Shown here: positions 1 through 11,672 of the stretch, one piece after another
Numbering within the stretch: position 1 is the stretch's first letter
Layout: each line of letters begins with the position of its first letter
From: Octopus sinensis
Lineage: Eukaryota
Assembly: GCF_006345805.1 (NCBI RefSeq)
Contig: NC_042998.1
Location: 120,900,001-120,964,000 of the forward strand
Direction: 5' to 3'
Length of the DNA stretch: 64,000 bases
Notes under the pieces: model-generated
What the model saw: only the letters and a program-made list of their open reading frames with translations
What the model was told of the DNA's origin: nothing
Database searches by the model: none
Made by a program: the position numbers and the translations under genes

Positions 1-9
1 ATTCCTTCA

Positions 10-195
10 AGTTTCCATGCTTGCATGAGTTGCACAGAATTTGTTGATGATTTTCTACAGCCACATGTCTTTCCTGTTGCCAACCCTCACCTGTTTCCTT
101 GCAAGGTAATATTCTCCCATGACAAGATATGTTTTCATGGATGATTGGAAATAAATAACTCTACTTGCATGATGGTGACATTTGTTTACAGCTAT
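10..195 (-). mobile_element. SINE-like repeat family F (RTE-type tail, shares its core with family B)
   Basis: Reverse complement of the gtaaacaaatgtc...ggaaacaggtgagggttggcaacaggaa...catgcaagcatggaaa unit also seen at about 11430, 17430 and 32290. Confidence 0.6.
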
Positions 196-304
196 CACTC
201 AAGAGTCAAGGCAAAGAGACAGAAACATGCACACACACATACATGTGTGTGTGTGTGTTCGTGTATATAGATATATGTATATATATGTGTGTGTGTGTGT
301 GTGT

Positions 305-558
305 ATCTTTTTTACTTGTTTCAGTCATTAGACTACAGCCTTGCTGGGGCACCGCCTTAAAGAATTTTAGTTGGGACCAAATCAACCCTAGTACTTTTTT
401 TTTTTTTTCAAAGTCTGGCACTTACTCTTTTGGTCTCTTTTGCCAAACTGCTAAATTATAGGGACACAAACACACACACACACAACTGGTTTCTTTCAGT
501 TTCCGCCTGCCAAATCCACTCACAAGGCTTTGTCAGCTTGAGTAGAACACACTTGCTT
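305..558 (-). mobile_element. tRNA-derived CORE-like SINE, family A (partial, internally deleted)
   Basis: Carries cttgtttcagtcatt..ctacagcc.tgctggggcacc and ctttcagtttccgcctgccaaatccactcacaaggcttt, matching the full copies at 14660 and 63095. Confidence 0.75.
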
Positions 559-599
559 GTATAATATATATATCATGTAATGTACTTTGTATCAGCTCT

Positions 600-900
600 G
601 TATTAACATAAGAACTACTAATAATCTCTTCCCATTAAGACACATGGTTAGGCAGGTTTTTATAACATGCCTTGTGTCTCCAAGCAATCCCTGTGTTCTG
701 AGCACATGTTCTATTCTACTTGAAAATCAGGATGCTGAAAATCTTGGATCTAAAAGGAATGCGCAATCTTTCAGCTATGCATAAGTTGCATTTCTTAGAT
801 CCATTTACTTTTGTTGATGTGCTAAAAAGAAGATTGCTGGTTTGCATAACATCTTTTAAAATTGCTTTTGCATAAACCAATGTAATTTTTATTTTCAGTT
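600..900 (-). mobile_element. Penelope-like element: GIY-YIG C-terminus plus 3' region (decayed)
   Basis: Minus-strand translation NGSKKCNLCIAERLRI fits the C-x2-C (CNLCxxEK) motif that ends PLE endonucleases. The 3' region is repeated in inverted orientation at 1155-1290. Confidence 0.55.
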
Positions 901-1154
901 TTGTTATCTTGAAACTTTGCTGTGACTTCTGCCTAATAGACAACAGAGTTTATCATACACACCAGGCATACATGTTAAACTCTATCATCTATGAATTAGA
1001 AGTCACAGGTTTATGTGGAGGCAATTTAGAAAAAAAAACATTATGCAAACCACCAGTCTTGTTTCTTTTCTTTCCTTTCTTTTTCCATTTTTATTCACTT
1101 TTCGTCTTCTCATTAACCTTCTTTTTTTTTTTGCATGTGTGATTTCTCACATAC

Positions 1155-1290
1155 CAGCATCCTGATTTTCAAATAGTACAAACTATGTATACAGAGCCTG
1201 AAGATTGCTTTGGGACACAAGGCAAATTATAAAAACTGCTTAATTACATGTCTTAATGGCAAGAAACTATTATTAACTCTTATGTAAATA
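1155..1290 (+). repeat. Inverted copy of the 603-737 segment (PLE 3' region)
   Basis: cagcatcctgattttcaa...gattgctttgggacacaaggca..ttataaaa..tgc.taa...atgtcttaatgg aligns imperfectly to the reverse complement of 603-737. Confidence 0.65.
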
Positions 1291-1944
1291 CAGTGTATAT
1301 TAAGTGATATTTATCCCTCACCCGATGGAGTATGTTTTTTTTGTTGAGCTTACCTTAATGGAACAGTAAACTGCACACATACACACGCACAACAATTTTC
1401 TTTCAGTTTCCATCTACCAAATCCACTCACAAGACTTTGGTCAGCCCAGGGCTATAGTAGTAGATATTTACGCAAGGATCAATAAAATAAATTATCAGTC
1501 AAGTACTGGGTTTGATGTAATATACTAAGTTCCTCCTCTCAATCCCCTTGGCTTTGTACTTATGTTACAAACAATTATTATTACTATGTGATTCCAAGAC
1601 CCCCATTTCAATGATACAGTTACATACTCTTCAATAATGATAATAGTATTACTAATTTCTTTTCTTTTTTCTTTTGTTTTATTTAATAACTGGAGTGTTT
1701 ACAATTTACTTGACTGAAGTTGAGCAATTACAACATCTGTTAATTCTTTGCCCAACTGCAGTTAAGATGTATAGTAAACAAAAATAGTTTTATTTTTAAA
1801 TGTCAGAATAAACATTGCATCTAAGAGGTGTCAACAATCTCAACCAAATCTACATTTGGAGCTTCTACGTAGTATGTAGTTGCTTGACCTGATACAAGTA
1901 GCAGCCAAGTCTTCCTTAATTCACTCTTTCATCATCATCATTGT

Positions 1945-2160
1945 ACTGATGTTCATTTTTCCTTGCTTGCTTGGATCAGACAGGATTTGTTGAGGCAGAT
2001 TTTTACAATAGGGTGTCTTTCTTATTACCCTCTCTCACTTATTTTCAAGCAGGATAATATTTTCCCCTACTCCAGACATATTTTCATGGGCGATTGCAAA
2101 CAGACAATGCCCTTTGTGTGATAGTGATGTTTTGTTTACAATTTCCACACAGTGTCAAGA
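1945..2160 (-). mobile_element. Family F repeat
   Basis: catttttccttgcttgc..gg.tcagacaggatttgttgaggcagatttt... is the reverse complement of the family F 3' half. Confidence 0.6.
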
Positions 2161-2213
2161 TAAGTGACAGAAGTATTCACACACACACACACACACACAC
2201 ACAATGATCATGC

Positions 2214-2636
2214 TGTGACCAATGCCAGTAACCCCTGACTGGCTCTCGTGTTGGTGGCAGGTAAAAAGCACTATCTGAATGTGATCAATGCCAGGACCAC
2301 CTGACTGACCCCTGTGCCGGTTGCACATAAAAAGCACCATCTGAATGTGGCCGATGCCAGTGACCCCCGACTGGCTCTCATGGCGGTGGCATGTAAAAAG
2401 CACTATCCGAATGTGATCGATGCCAGGACTGATTGACTGTCTCCTGTGCCAGTGACACATAAAAAGCACCCACTTCACTCTTGGAGTGGTTGGCGTGAGG
2501 AAGGGCATCCAGCTGTAGAAACATTGCCAGATCAGATTGGAGCCTGGTGCAACCACTGCCTCTCCAGACCTGAGTCAAACTGTTCATCCCATGCCAGCAT
2601 GGAAAATGCACGTTAAATGATGATGATGATGATGAT
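2214..2636 (+). mobile_element. Family B: RTE-LINE 3' UTR-type repeat with four internal 66-bp units and a (GAT)n tail
   Basis: tgtg..c.atgccag starts at 2214, 2280, 2346 and 2412, then ggagtggttggcgtgaggaagggcatccagctgtagaaac ... ccatgccagcatggaaaatgcacgttaaatgatgatgatg. Confidence 0.8.
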
Positions 2637-3923
2637 TTACCAAATTCACTCACAAGGCTTTGGCTGTCTCAGTTCTTGAAATACAAGACACCTGCCCAAA
2701 GTGACACCCAGCAGGTTTGAACTTGAAACTATGTGGTTGCAAAGTAAACTTCTTAACTACACAGCCTTACCTGTGCCAGAGAGAAGGAGAGATGGAGTGC
2801 ATTCTAGGGAGACAAGGCAGATGCAGTTCCAGTTGGCTACTTCGAGTGAGCAGAGATAGTAGTAGTAGTCTTGTACAAGAAGCACAGAGAAAACACTGTG
2901 TCAGTGTATGTGTGTATGCGTTGTGTGTTTGTTTTATGCTTGTTTTTCTTTGCTTGCATATGTTTGACAATTATGTTATTGAGACATTGTTTCACAACTA
3001 GATGCCCTTCCTCCTGCTATCTCTTGATTTTTTGAGAAGGGGTCTCTCATTCCACATTCCTTTGAAGCCATAATGTAAACTGATTATTTGTTGGCAAGAA
3101 ATAACAACATCATCATCAATATGTCACAGCTTCCATTGAAATAAACAAAAAGTAAATAAATGTACAAGCATGCACATACTCACATGCACAAAAGTCTTCT
3201 CTTGGCTTCTGCCTAACAAATCTATTTGTAAGGCCTAGGTCAACCCAGAATGATAACAGAATATATTCTTCTAAGGTGTCACACAGTGGTCCTGAATCAG
3301 AGATCACGTGGTTGGAAAGCCAACTTAACTACATAGCCATACCTTTTCTGTGTGTATGTGTGTTTTGATATTGAAGGTAGACCTATAATGAAGTGTTTCA
3401 GCCATGACCAGTCAGTTTTTATTCAGGCATAGTATATGTAGGACTATATTATCCAATATATTATGTATTTTTACAAGGCAAGACTGATTTGAGGAAAATT
3501 TATGTTGCTATTTCTAGCAGTTAATGCAACCGAGTAGACAACCACCCCATCCGTAGAATTCCTTAATTGGTTAGAGATTTGTTGATGTACAAGTTTGTGG
3601 TGTGAAGATTTTGCTTCGGAAATCATTATTCTGCTTGAGAGATAGAATTTCCTTTCATGGACATAAGTTATAACAGAGGCTAATGGCTGATTCTATTGGG
3701 ATCCTTTACTATATGTTATTGTTTGGTTATTAAGTTTGTGTATTAGTAATGTTTGCTCTTATAACTTGGTCATTTATAGACTGAACAACTGCCTTAAGCT
3801 TAACAATCTGACTGGATTAAAGATAGCATGTTTTAAATCATCACTTTTGGTTCTGTTGTGTATGTGTGTGTGCATGTGTGTAAAGTATGTGTGCATATAA
3901 ATGTATATGTGTGTGTGTGTATA

Positions 3924-3925
<2 letters not shown>

Positions 3926-3990
<65 letters not shown>
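3926..3990. repeat. (TA)n microsatellite
   Basis: Pure TA run inside a (TG)/(TA)-rich tract. Confidence 0.95.
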
Positions 3991-3991
<1 letters not shown>

Positions 3992-4539
3992 CATGTGTTT
4001 GTTTATCTGTGTGTGTATGTTTGTATATATAGTAAAGTTGTGTGCATAAAAAATATTTAGATGAGTGTATGTTTGTAATTTCCTGTGTGTATGTAGATGT
4101 ACACAGTTGTTTGCATGTGCTGATGTGGTTTTTTGTCAATGTGAAGAGAAGCATGTATATGTATACATATATGAGTATTTCATGTGCATTTAAAATCTTT
4201 GTTTATTTATTATGAGTATGCCTGTGCACACAAGTATATATTTTAAGTTTCCATTACTTAGTTCAAAGGGAAAAGAAGAAATATTTAGTTGATACACATT
4301 CACACTCACACACACTCTCCCCCTTTCTCTCATACCCCTTATTACACACTACATAAAGCCTGTAAATTTCTACTCCCTTGCTTCTAGTTCACACATTGAA
4401 TTGGCCCATATGATTATCATCAAGACCTTTACAACTATGCCATCACCACCTCCATCATAATTATCTTTATCATAAACATCCTCACCTCTAACATCACCAT
4501 CAACACTACTATCATTGTCATAATTATTAACATCATAAT

Positions 4540-5310
4540 AAAGGTGTCTTACTTATTTGAAATAGTAGTTAAATCTCAATTTACAGCCTACCATCTTAAA
4601 AAAATACACATTCAATAATGCCCTGCACACCCTTACAATGAAAGGATGGTCACATCTGGAACACCTTTGATCATAGTGTGCTCATTTTGGTTGCCCGAAC
4701 CTAAACAACATTATCCTCATCATAAATGAATTTTGCAGTAGTTCTGCTGTACAATACTTCTAGCAGTTCCCCTTCCTTGAGTTGTTTATCTAAAAGTCTC
4801 TCTTCCTGTATTCAATACCTATTTCTTCTAGTTTAACTGTAACCTTCCTAACAAAAGAAGTTTGCTTCCACCACCCATTCTCACAGTGTGTTCCTTATGA
4901 TAATCAATAATCTAGCTATTTAAAATTTATCAATTAGAGAGCGTCTATGTGGTTATTTAACCTTGTAGAAATAGGAGCCAGCTACCTCTCACATCACACT
5001 TATAGCATAAAGGATACCTTAGATATGGAGTCATATTTATTTATCTAGCTGAAAGAATATTAACCATAGGTCTTCTGGATCAGAGCTAATTTGGTGCTTG
5101 ACAGTAACTGCATTCCTGTGTAGAAGTCACTATATAGTCACTGTATTTGCTCAAAGTATCAATCAGATGTCCCTCGAATCACACACTGACGTCTTAAAAA
5201 AAGAAAGATAATACACTTGATAGCATTATACTTTAAAACAAAGACAGGATTAATACATCTTGAACACCTTGGTCATATAGATCTGTCTGCTCAAACAACC
5301 CTGGTATGGA
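4540..5310 (+). mobile_element. Cluster of three degenerate family E SINE-like repeats
   Basis: Recurring motif ctgctagaaatagcagccaaatctccctcaaatcac...ggatggtcac..ctggaa..cctttgatcatag. Further copies at about 1855, 3375(-), 9630, 9925, 13405, 23640-23920, 30340-30580, 34100, 44240-44700, 45560(-), 49010, 51540(-), 57060(-) and 61000(-). Confidence 0.65.
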
Positions 5311-5315
5311 GTTAA

Positions 5316-5535
5316 CCCTTTAGCATTCAGATTATTCTGTCTAATGTATCATTTATTTATTATCATTGTTTTGAATTAATCATATATTGTCTGATAGCTT
5401 TGAAATTTTTATGAGGTAACTATTAAATTTTAGAATGATATTGTAGAACAGATGTGAGGGGCCACATCTGACCAGTTTGAACATAAAACAGGTAGAATAT
5501 TTTGCCCGGATGTGGCCGGCTTAAATGCTAAAGGG
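5316..5535. mobile_element. piggyBac-type MITE (220 bp)
   Basis: TTAA (5312-5315) | CCCTTTAGCATT ... AATGCTAAAGGG | TTAA (5536-5539): perfect 12-bp TIR with TTAA target duplication. Confidence 0.9.
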
Positions 5536-5599
5536 TTAAAGAGTGACAATAACAATATTGAAAATGGTATTATTTAGAGAAGCAGAAGGATGAATAAGA

Positions 5600-6070
5600 T
5601 GCTAAAATCGCAGTTGTTGGTACAATAATGTGCCAGCTTCAGCATTTGATCCTCAAAAGAGATGTTGGTAAAAAAAGCAAAACTTACTATCATCATTTCA
5701 GTGTTTGAACCTATCCTCTCCTAGAAAAATGGGTAATGATCAAAAGAGAAAATGGGGTTCCTCCAAAGGATATCTGGAGTAATGTTACTCAACAGGATGC
5801 ATAACTTGGAGATCAGGGTGTTTCCCCAGGTTGAGTCGCTACTTCTTCACACTGAGAAAGGTCACAGCTCTGATACTATGGACATGTGATTAGAATGTTG
5901 AAGGAAAGGATAGCAAGATGGATTCTTGAGCTGAGCCAGCTGGCAGGAGACCTAGGAGCAGACCAAGAATAAGATAGCTAGATAATATTCATAGTCCCAG
6001 TTCTTCATGCTTGGGAATGCATCTGGAAAGTGTAATGATGGTTATTTCTGATAGAACTCTATGGAGGAGG
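5600..6070 (+). mobile_element. RTE-clade LINE (Expander/Rex3-like), 3' RT fragment, decayed
   Basis: Translates as MGFLQRISGVMLLNRMHNLEIR...VESLLLHTEK...YYGHVIRMLKERIARWIL, matching the RTE EMxFLRRI...QLRWYGHVxRM motif. Confidence 0.75.
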
Positions 6071-6689
6071 TTCCTGAGGTATCTGCCCCAACAAATTTTC
6101 CAGGAATAATGGGCAGAGTAAATGGATGGATGGATAGATATTCAGAAATGAGGATTTTTGTAGAGAATTTTTTAGACTAACCATTACTAGATTTAAAGCT
6201 AGAACAATGCCAGTCTAAAATTTGTACTCTAATGATTCCTGTGAATTCTACCATCACCTGTTTCTAGAGAAATTACAGGTGATCACTTCAAATAATGGAT
6301 ATATATTTAGAAAGATTGTTTCACTTGAAACGAATCTTGGTGAAATTATACACGCACACACCCAAAGAAACATTTATTAAGTAAGTTGCTAGTTTAGACT
6401 TTCTTTTGTTTAACTGTCTCTTTTGTATGAAGAGGTATTAAGTCACTGATGATAATAAGGATGAGGAAGGTGGTTGTGGTAGTAGTAGTAATGCTGATAG
6501 TGATGGAGGTGGTGATGATAATAATGTTGATGATGGCCTTGTATGACAGGAACTAGCTACCAAAAAAACAATCTATTTTTACACTAACATCATTTACATT
6601 TTACTAAACACAAACAGTAATAGTACAGACATGTAAAAATAGTTTTGGTATATCTGTTTTATTTTATGTATGTATATGTATGCATGTAT

Positions 6690-7480
6690 GATTGCATATC
6701 TTTTGTGTCTTCTCTCTAGAGAGAAGAACCTCAGTTCTTTTAGCCTCTCCTAGTAGCTCATCTGTTGCAATAAGGCAATCTTTGTGTAGTGACACTAGAT
6801 TGCCTCAAGTTCTGCTGTTAGTTTGGCACTTTGTGGTGACCATGATTAGGAGCCATAATGCACACAACTAAAAATGAATCTTTTCTGCATGAACAACTTG
6901 ATTTCCTTTTTCCGTTGTGAATGATCTCAGAATCCAACTGCCAGTCACCTGCACATTATTCCTATCTTACTAATATCCACATAGAATGATAATGTGTTGT
7001 TACTCATGTGAACTTCCAGGTCATGCACAGGTTTTGACTCTGAGATTGCAAATACCACTGGTCCTGTGTATTCTGATTAGTCTGTGTGGAATGTTTGAAA
7101 TTTCTCCACATGCATTCAGTTCATTCCATAGTTTTGTGTTATCATCAGGACCCCTGACTGCTTATGATACTTCTGTATCATAAGCAATGATACTGAGGTT
7201 GGCTATGATTGACGGCATGTCTGAGAGAGTCACTATGAATAGTAGTGGTCTCAGTACAGTTCCCTGAGGTACTCCACTTAGTACTGATGTCTCCTCAGAG
7301 AGAGAGAGAGAGAGCACCATTGGCTGTGATTATCTGACTCCTATCTTTTAAAAAGTCATGCAGCCACTCCCCTAGTTTTCCAATGGTACCAAGGTCATGC
7401 AGTTTGTGACATCATCTTGTGATCAACTTTATGGAAGGCCTTGACAAAGTTGAGATATATTGATAGTATACACAGTGTGT
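6690..7480 (-). mobile_element. CR1-clade LINE reverse transcriptase fragment, decayed
   Basis: Minus strand gives IYLNFVKAFHKVDH..LGEWLHDFLKDRSQ..VLSGVPQGTVLRPLLFIV and WSPQSAKLTAELEAI...SY*ERLKELRFFSLERRH. Interrupted by (GA)n at about 7297-7315. Confidence 0.85.
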
Positions 7481-8299
7481 GTATACTATCAATTTTCATT
7501 CAATTGATTTTTTTAACCTCCCCATAAGCTTTGTAATCTAATTTAATATCTCCCTTGTGGCAATAAAATACTACTTCTGCTGCAACAAGAACAGTAGGTT
7601 GAAAGTGTTTAGTTATGAACTGATTTAAATTCCTCATTATTTACTTAGCTTTACATCCTTCCAAAATAATGCATCAGCCAATTACATTTTCTTTAGTCCT
7701 TTCTCTTTAAAGTTTTGAGGCCTTTTGCCTCTGCAAGAAATCATTATTATCATTGAGTGAGATAGTGCATGCGATCAAAGTGACGCTGAGGTACAACTAT
7801 ATGAAACCCAATATACCCAGTGTCTGATAAGTGTACACCAGGCATGTACATCACAACTGTACATGCATGACATGATGACCTCATTTCAAGATAGACAGCG
7901 CATACCTTGCAGGTGGGACCCAGTTAAAATTTTTTTCTGGTCATGTAGCTCATCCCACTTAAAAGGTCCTTGAATAAGGGTTGTTTAAGGATGATGTTTG
8001 TAGCTGTGAAATATTCAAACCCCAAAGAATTCCTCTCAACATATGGCTATGATGCTCTCTCACAACTCCTACTTGTGATCAGAGATGCACATGTCATCAG
8101 CCACTGAGGGACTTGTTCACCTAATTAAGGTTAAGTAACTAACACACGAATCTGCAGTATTGAGCAGAATATCTGCTGTAGCCCATCGTTTACACTAACA
8201 CAAAACATGCACATGATAACACTTCTAATCAGTTAAGATCAGGAGCTAGGAGATCCACTGCTTGGTATTGCATCAGGGCACTTATTATTAAATGTCAAG

Positions 8300-8725
8300 A
8301 TCTTAGAAAAATGTGATATCTCCAGAATCCAAAGCAAGCTGCTGAGAATTCACTGCAGATGGGTTTGAATGAAAGCCAACCACATTCCAAATTTTTGTTT
8401 TGTACAGCCAACAGGATATTGTGATAGAGGAAGACCTGTCCTTAGGTATAAGGATAAGTTGAAGCAATCATTAAAATCTCTACAGCTTAACTTGACATCT
8501 TGGGAAAGTCATTGCCTAGATCGATCTGCATGGTATAAAATGTGTCATGATGCATCAAAACAATTTGAGTTGAAGAAAAAGAGCAATAAAAGAATCATAT
8601 CCTGCAAACAACAGACACATTTGTCCAATCCCAGGCAAAATCAAAATCACCAGTGTCCCCATTGCACCTTCATAGCAAAATCCATATCTGGATTCAAATT
8701 ATACTCATGCATCCATAACAAATAG
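8300..8725 (+). mobile_element. RTE-clade LINE (BovB-like), C-terminal fragment with C2H2-like motif
   Basis: ORF 8369-8725 contains RGRPVLRYKDKLKQSLK...WESHCLDRSAW...CPHC, typical of RTE ORF ends. Confidence 0.8.
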
Positions 8726-8850
8726 AAGCAGCTTCTTTTGTTCTTTTATTTTTAGAAGCTGTTTTCTGTCTTTTTTAAATCCTCTTCTTCAAACACTCAT
8801 ATGTCGAAATCGACAGGAGCGACCATCATCATCATTATTATTATTATAAA

Positions 8851-9045
8851 AGATGGCAAGCTGGTAGAATCATTAGCATTCTGGACAAAATGTTTAGTGA
8901 GTGCAAATTCTGTCGAGGTCAACTTTGCCTTTCATCCTTTCAAGATCAATGAAATAAGTACCAGTTCAGTACTGGGGTTGATGTAATCGACTTACACACT
9001 ACCATGAACTTGGTGGCCTTGTGCCAAAATTTGAAACCATTATTA
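8851..9045 (+). mobile_element. tRNA-derived SINE family C (Deu/Nin-like central domain), copy 1 of a tandem trio
   Basis: ggcaagctggtagaatcattagc head; tttgcctttcatcctttc..gat.aaataagtacc core; ttgtgccaaaatttgaaaccattatt tail. Confidence 0.75.
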
Positions 9046-9070
9046 TGGTTGTTATTATTATTATTATTAA

Positions 9071-9292
9071 GGTGGCAAGTTGGCAGAATCATTAGCATGC
9101 TGGACAAAAGGCTTAGTGGTATTTCGCCTGTCACTACATTCTGAGTTCAAATTCCACTGAGGTCAACTTTGCCTTTCATCCTTTCAGGGTTGATAAATTA
9201 AGTACCTATGAAACACTGGGGTTGTTGTAATCGACTTATCCCCTCCCCCAAAATTGCTGCCCTTGTGGCAAAATTTGAAACCATTGTTATTA
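9071..9292 (+). mobile_element. SINE family C, copy 2
   Basis: Same head and core, with a B-box-like gagttcaaattcc at about 9144. Confidence 0.8.
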
Positions 9293-9304
9293 TTGTAATA
9301 TAAG

Positions 9305-9458
9305 ATGGTGAGCTGGTGGACTCATTAGCATTCTGGACAAAATGTTGAGCAGCATTTCATCCACCTCTATGTTCAAATTCAGATACCACCAAGATCGACT
9401 TTGCCTTTCATCAAGGTTGATGAAATAAGTACCATTTGAGCACTGGGGTTGATGTAAA
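9305..9458 (+). mobile_element. SINE family C, copy 3 (3' truncated)
   Basis: Same head and core; ends at ggggttgatgtaa. Confidence 0.7.
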
Positions 9459-11019
9459 GCCAGGTTAGAGATTTAACTAAGTAGGACCATATCTCTACTC
9501 AGTTGCTGTTAACTTGAAGCATTTTGTTTATTTATAAAACATTCTCCTGAAATAACTTTTGCTATTATTCCATTCTAGAAGGAAATTCTATTGTAGGATT
9601 CTTACACATCATTCTTCTGTCTCCTATATGGAAATTAACAAAATCTCTTCATAGTCACTTGAACTACTTGAAATATCAACCAATTTTTCCTTAAATCACA
9701 TATTATTTGTCTTAAAAAAGGAAGGTCACAAAATTGGATTATGTGGCCCTAGATGTACAAAACGGATGAGATAATCAAAGCTAGAACACCTTTCATCATA
9801 CATTAGCTTAATAAAGGCTGAGTGGATCTAAAGAGCAGCAACAACCCTCACTCCCATTTCCTCTGAACATATTCTTTCTGCCCAGCAATGTGAGATGAAT
9901 TCCATCTTCAATACCTAGTCCTCAAGAGAGAGTCTCTACATGGTCTCTCACCTTGCTAGAAACAACCAAATTTCCCTCAAATCACACTCCACCAGCAAAA
10001 ACAGAAGTAGATAAATTAGTCTTGTGAACTCCTTAAAGGCAGTATAGTTGTGGATGGAATGTCTTTGATCATAAGCCTATTCAATCTAGATGCACTTGGG
10101 GCTAAAAACAACAACCAGGGAGGGAAAGTCTGCATAGTTGCTTAACCTACTAACAATAGAAAACAAACCTTCCTCAACATGCCCTACTAAGATGGGATAG
10201 TCTTGGTTAGACTGACTCATTTCACTCTATAGTTGTCAGATGGAGTTAGTCTCCATTATCTAGAGTTTTTTTTTTTCTTACAGTAAAGTCAGTAATATTA
10301 ATATTTGACTTGAATCTTGACCTACTTTATGAAACTCTAAGTATTGTTAAGTTTGCATTCTTCGATTTTAATTCCGAAGATAATTCCCTTCAGCTTAATT
10401 CCATGTTTTTTTTTTTTTTTGGTTTTTTTTTCCTGTCTTTTATTGTCCCCATACATCATTAAACATTTCCTTGCTTAAAACATCAAATCACTCATGCTTA
10501 TCTTACATCAAGCAAAAATTGTGGCTGATTATTCTTAAAAACACATTATCGCTTGCATACACCCAACCATGCGTATATATACACACACACACACACACAC
10601 TTTCATGCACATGTGTGCATGTGCACAGAAAGAGGGAAAGAGAGAGAGTCAACATCACACACTCTTAAACCCACAAATGTTGATTAGGAATTAATTCGTC
10701 AAATATCTTAAGAGAAACAAGTATAAGATTGAAACTACAAATTATTATGGGTTGTCTAGCAGTGTCATAATGTCCTGCAGATGATGTATCTGTTGGGAGG
10801 CAGGACAAAAAGCAATGCATTAGAGATGCCAGAAGAAACTAATTAAAATATTCCTAAGACATCAGAGAAGTTTGGATGAGAACAGGTTATTAGCATCAAC
10901 CATCAAGAGATATTTACTCTTCATCTGTGACAAGTGACACTATCCAATTACTACCTGTCAGCTATGTGTTATAGGTGACTGTGTCATGGCTTTACATTGT
11001 CTCTGATTTGGCACAAAGT

Positions 11020-11240
11020 CAGCAGTTTTGAGGGGAGGAGGTTAATTGATACCATCAAACCCAGTTCTTGATTGGTACTTTATTTTATCAACCCTGAAAT
11101 TATGAAAGGCAAAATTGACCTCGGCAAGATTTGAGCTTGGAATGTAAAAAGTTGGAACAAATACTCCAATACACTGAGCTGTAAGTCCTCTTTTTTAGGA
11201 TAAGCATAGCTGTGTAGTAAGAAGTTTTCTTGTCAACCTT
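11020..11240 (-). mobile_element. SINE family C
   Basis: ggtacttta.ttttatcaaccctgaaa..atgaaaggcaaaattgacc is the reverse complement of the family C core. Confidence 0.7.
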
Positions 11241-11341
11241 ATGGTCCCAGATTCAGTCCCACTGTATAACACTTTGTGTAAGTGTCTTCTATTATAGCCC
11301 CAAGTTGAACATGCACCAAATACTTGTGAAAGAAGCCTGCC

Positions 11342-11397
<56 letters not shown>

Positions 11398-11429
11398 ATA
11401 TATGTATGTATGTATGTGTGTGTATTTGT

Positions 11430-11672
11430 GTCTTCTTGTCTTGACATTGTGTGATAGTTGTAAAATGAATGTCACTGTCATATAAGTAGTGTCATTCATT
11501 TCCAATATTCTGCAAGAACATGTCTGACCATGGGGGAAATATTACCTTGCTTGGAAACAGGTGGTGGTTGGTGGCAATAAGGGCTTTCAGCCAAAGAAAA
11601 ATCTATCTCAGTAAACTGTCTGACTGATACAAGCATGGAAAAGTGGGTGTTAAAATGATGATGATGATGACT
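11430..11672 (+). mobile_element. Family F repeat
   Basis: gtcttgacattgtgtgatagttgtaaa...ggaaacaggtggtggttgg...caagcatggaaaagtgggtgttaaaatgatgatgatg, preceded by (TA)n at about 11343-11390. Confidence 0.7.

Noticed and set aside
2214-2470. Regularly spaced repeats resembling a CRISPR array (also 25957-26152)
   Set aside because: The units are contiguous tandem copies without unique spacers, lie inside a LINE UTR, and the context is eukaryotic with no cas genes.
7745-8290. Sequence that looks like a dispersed cephalopod repeat
   Set aside because: Only one copy in the window, with no diagnostic ends or coding motif, so I cannot classify it.
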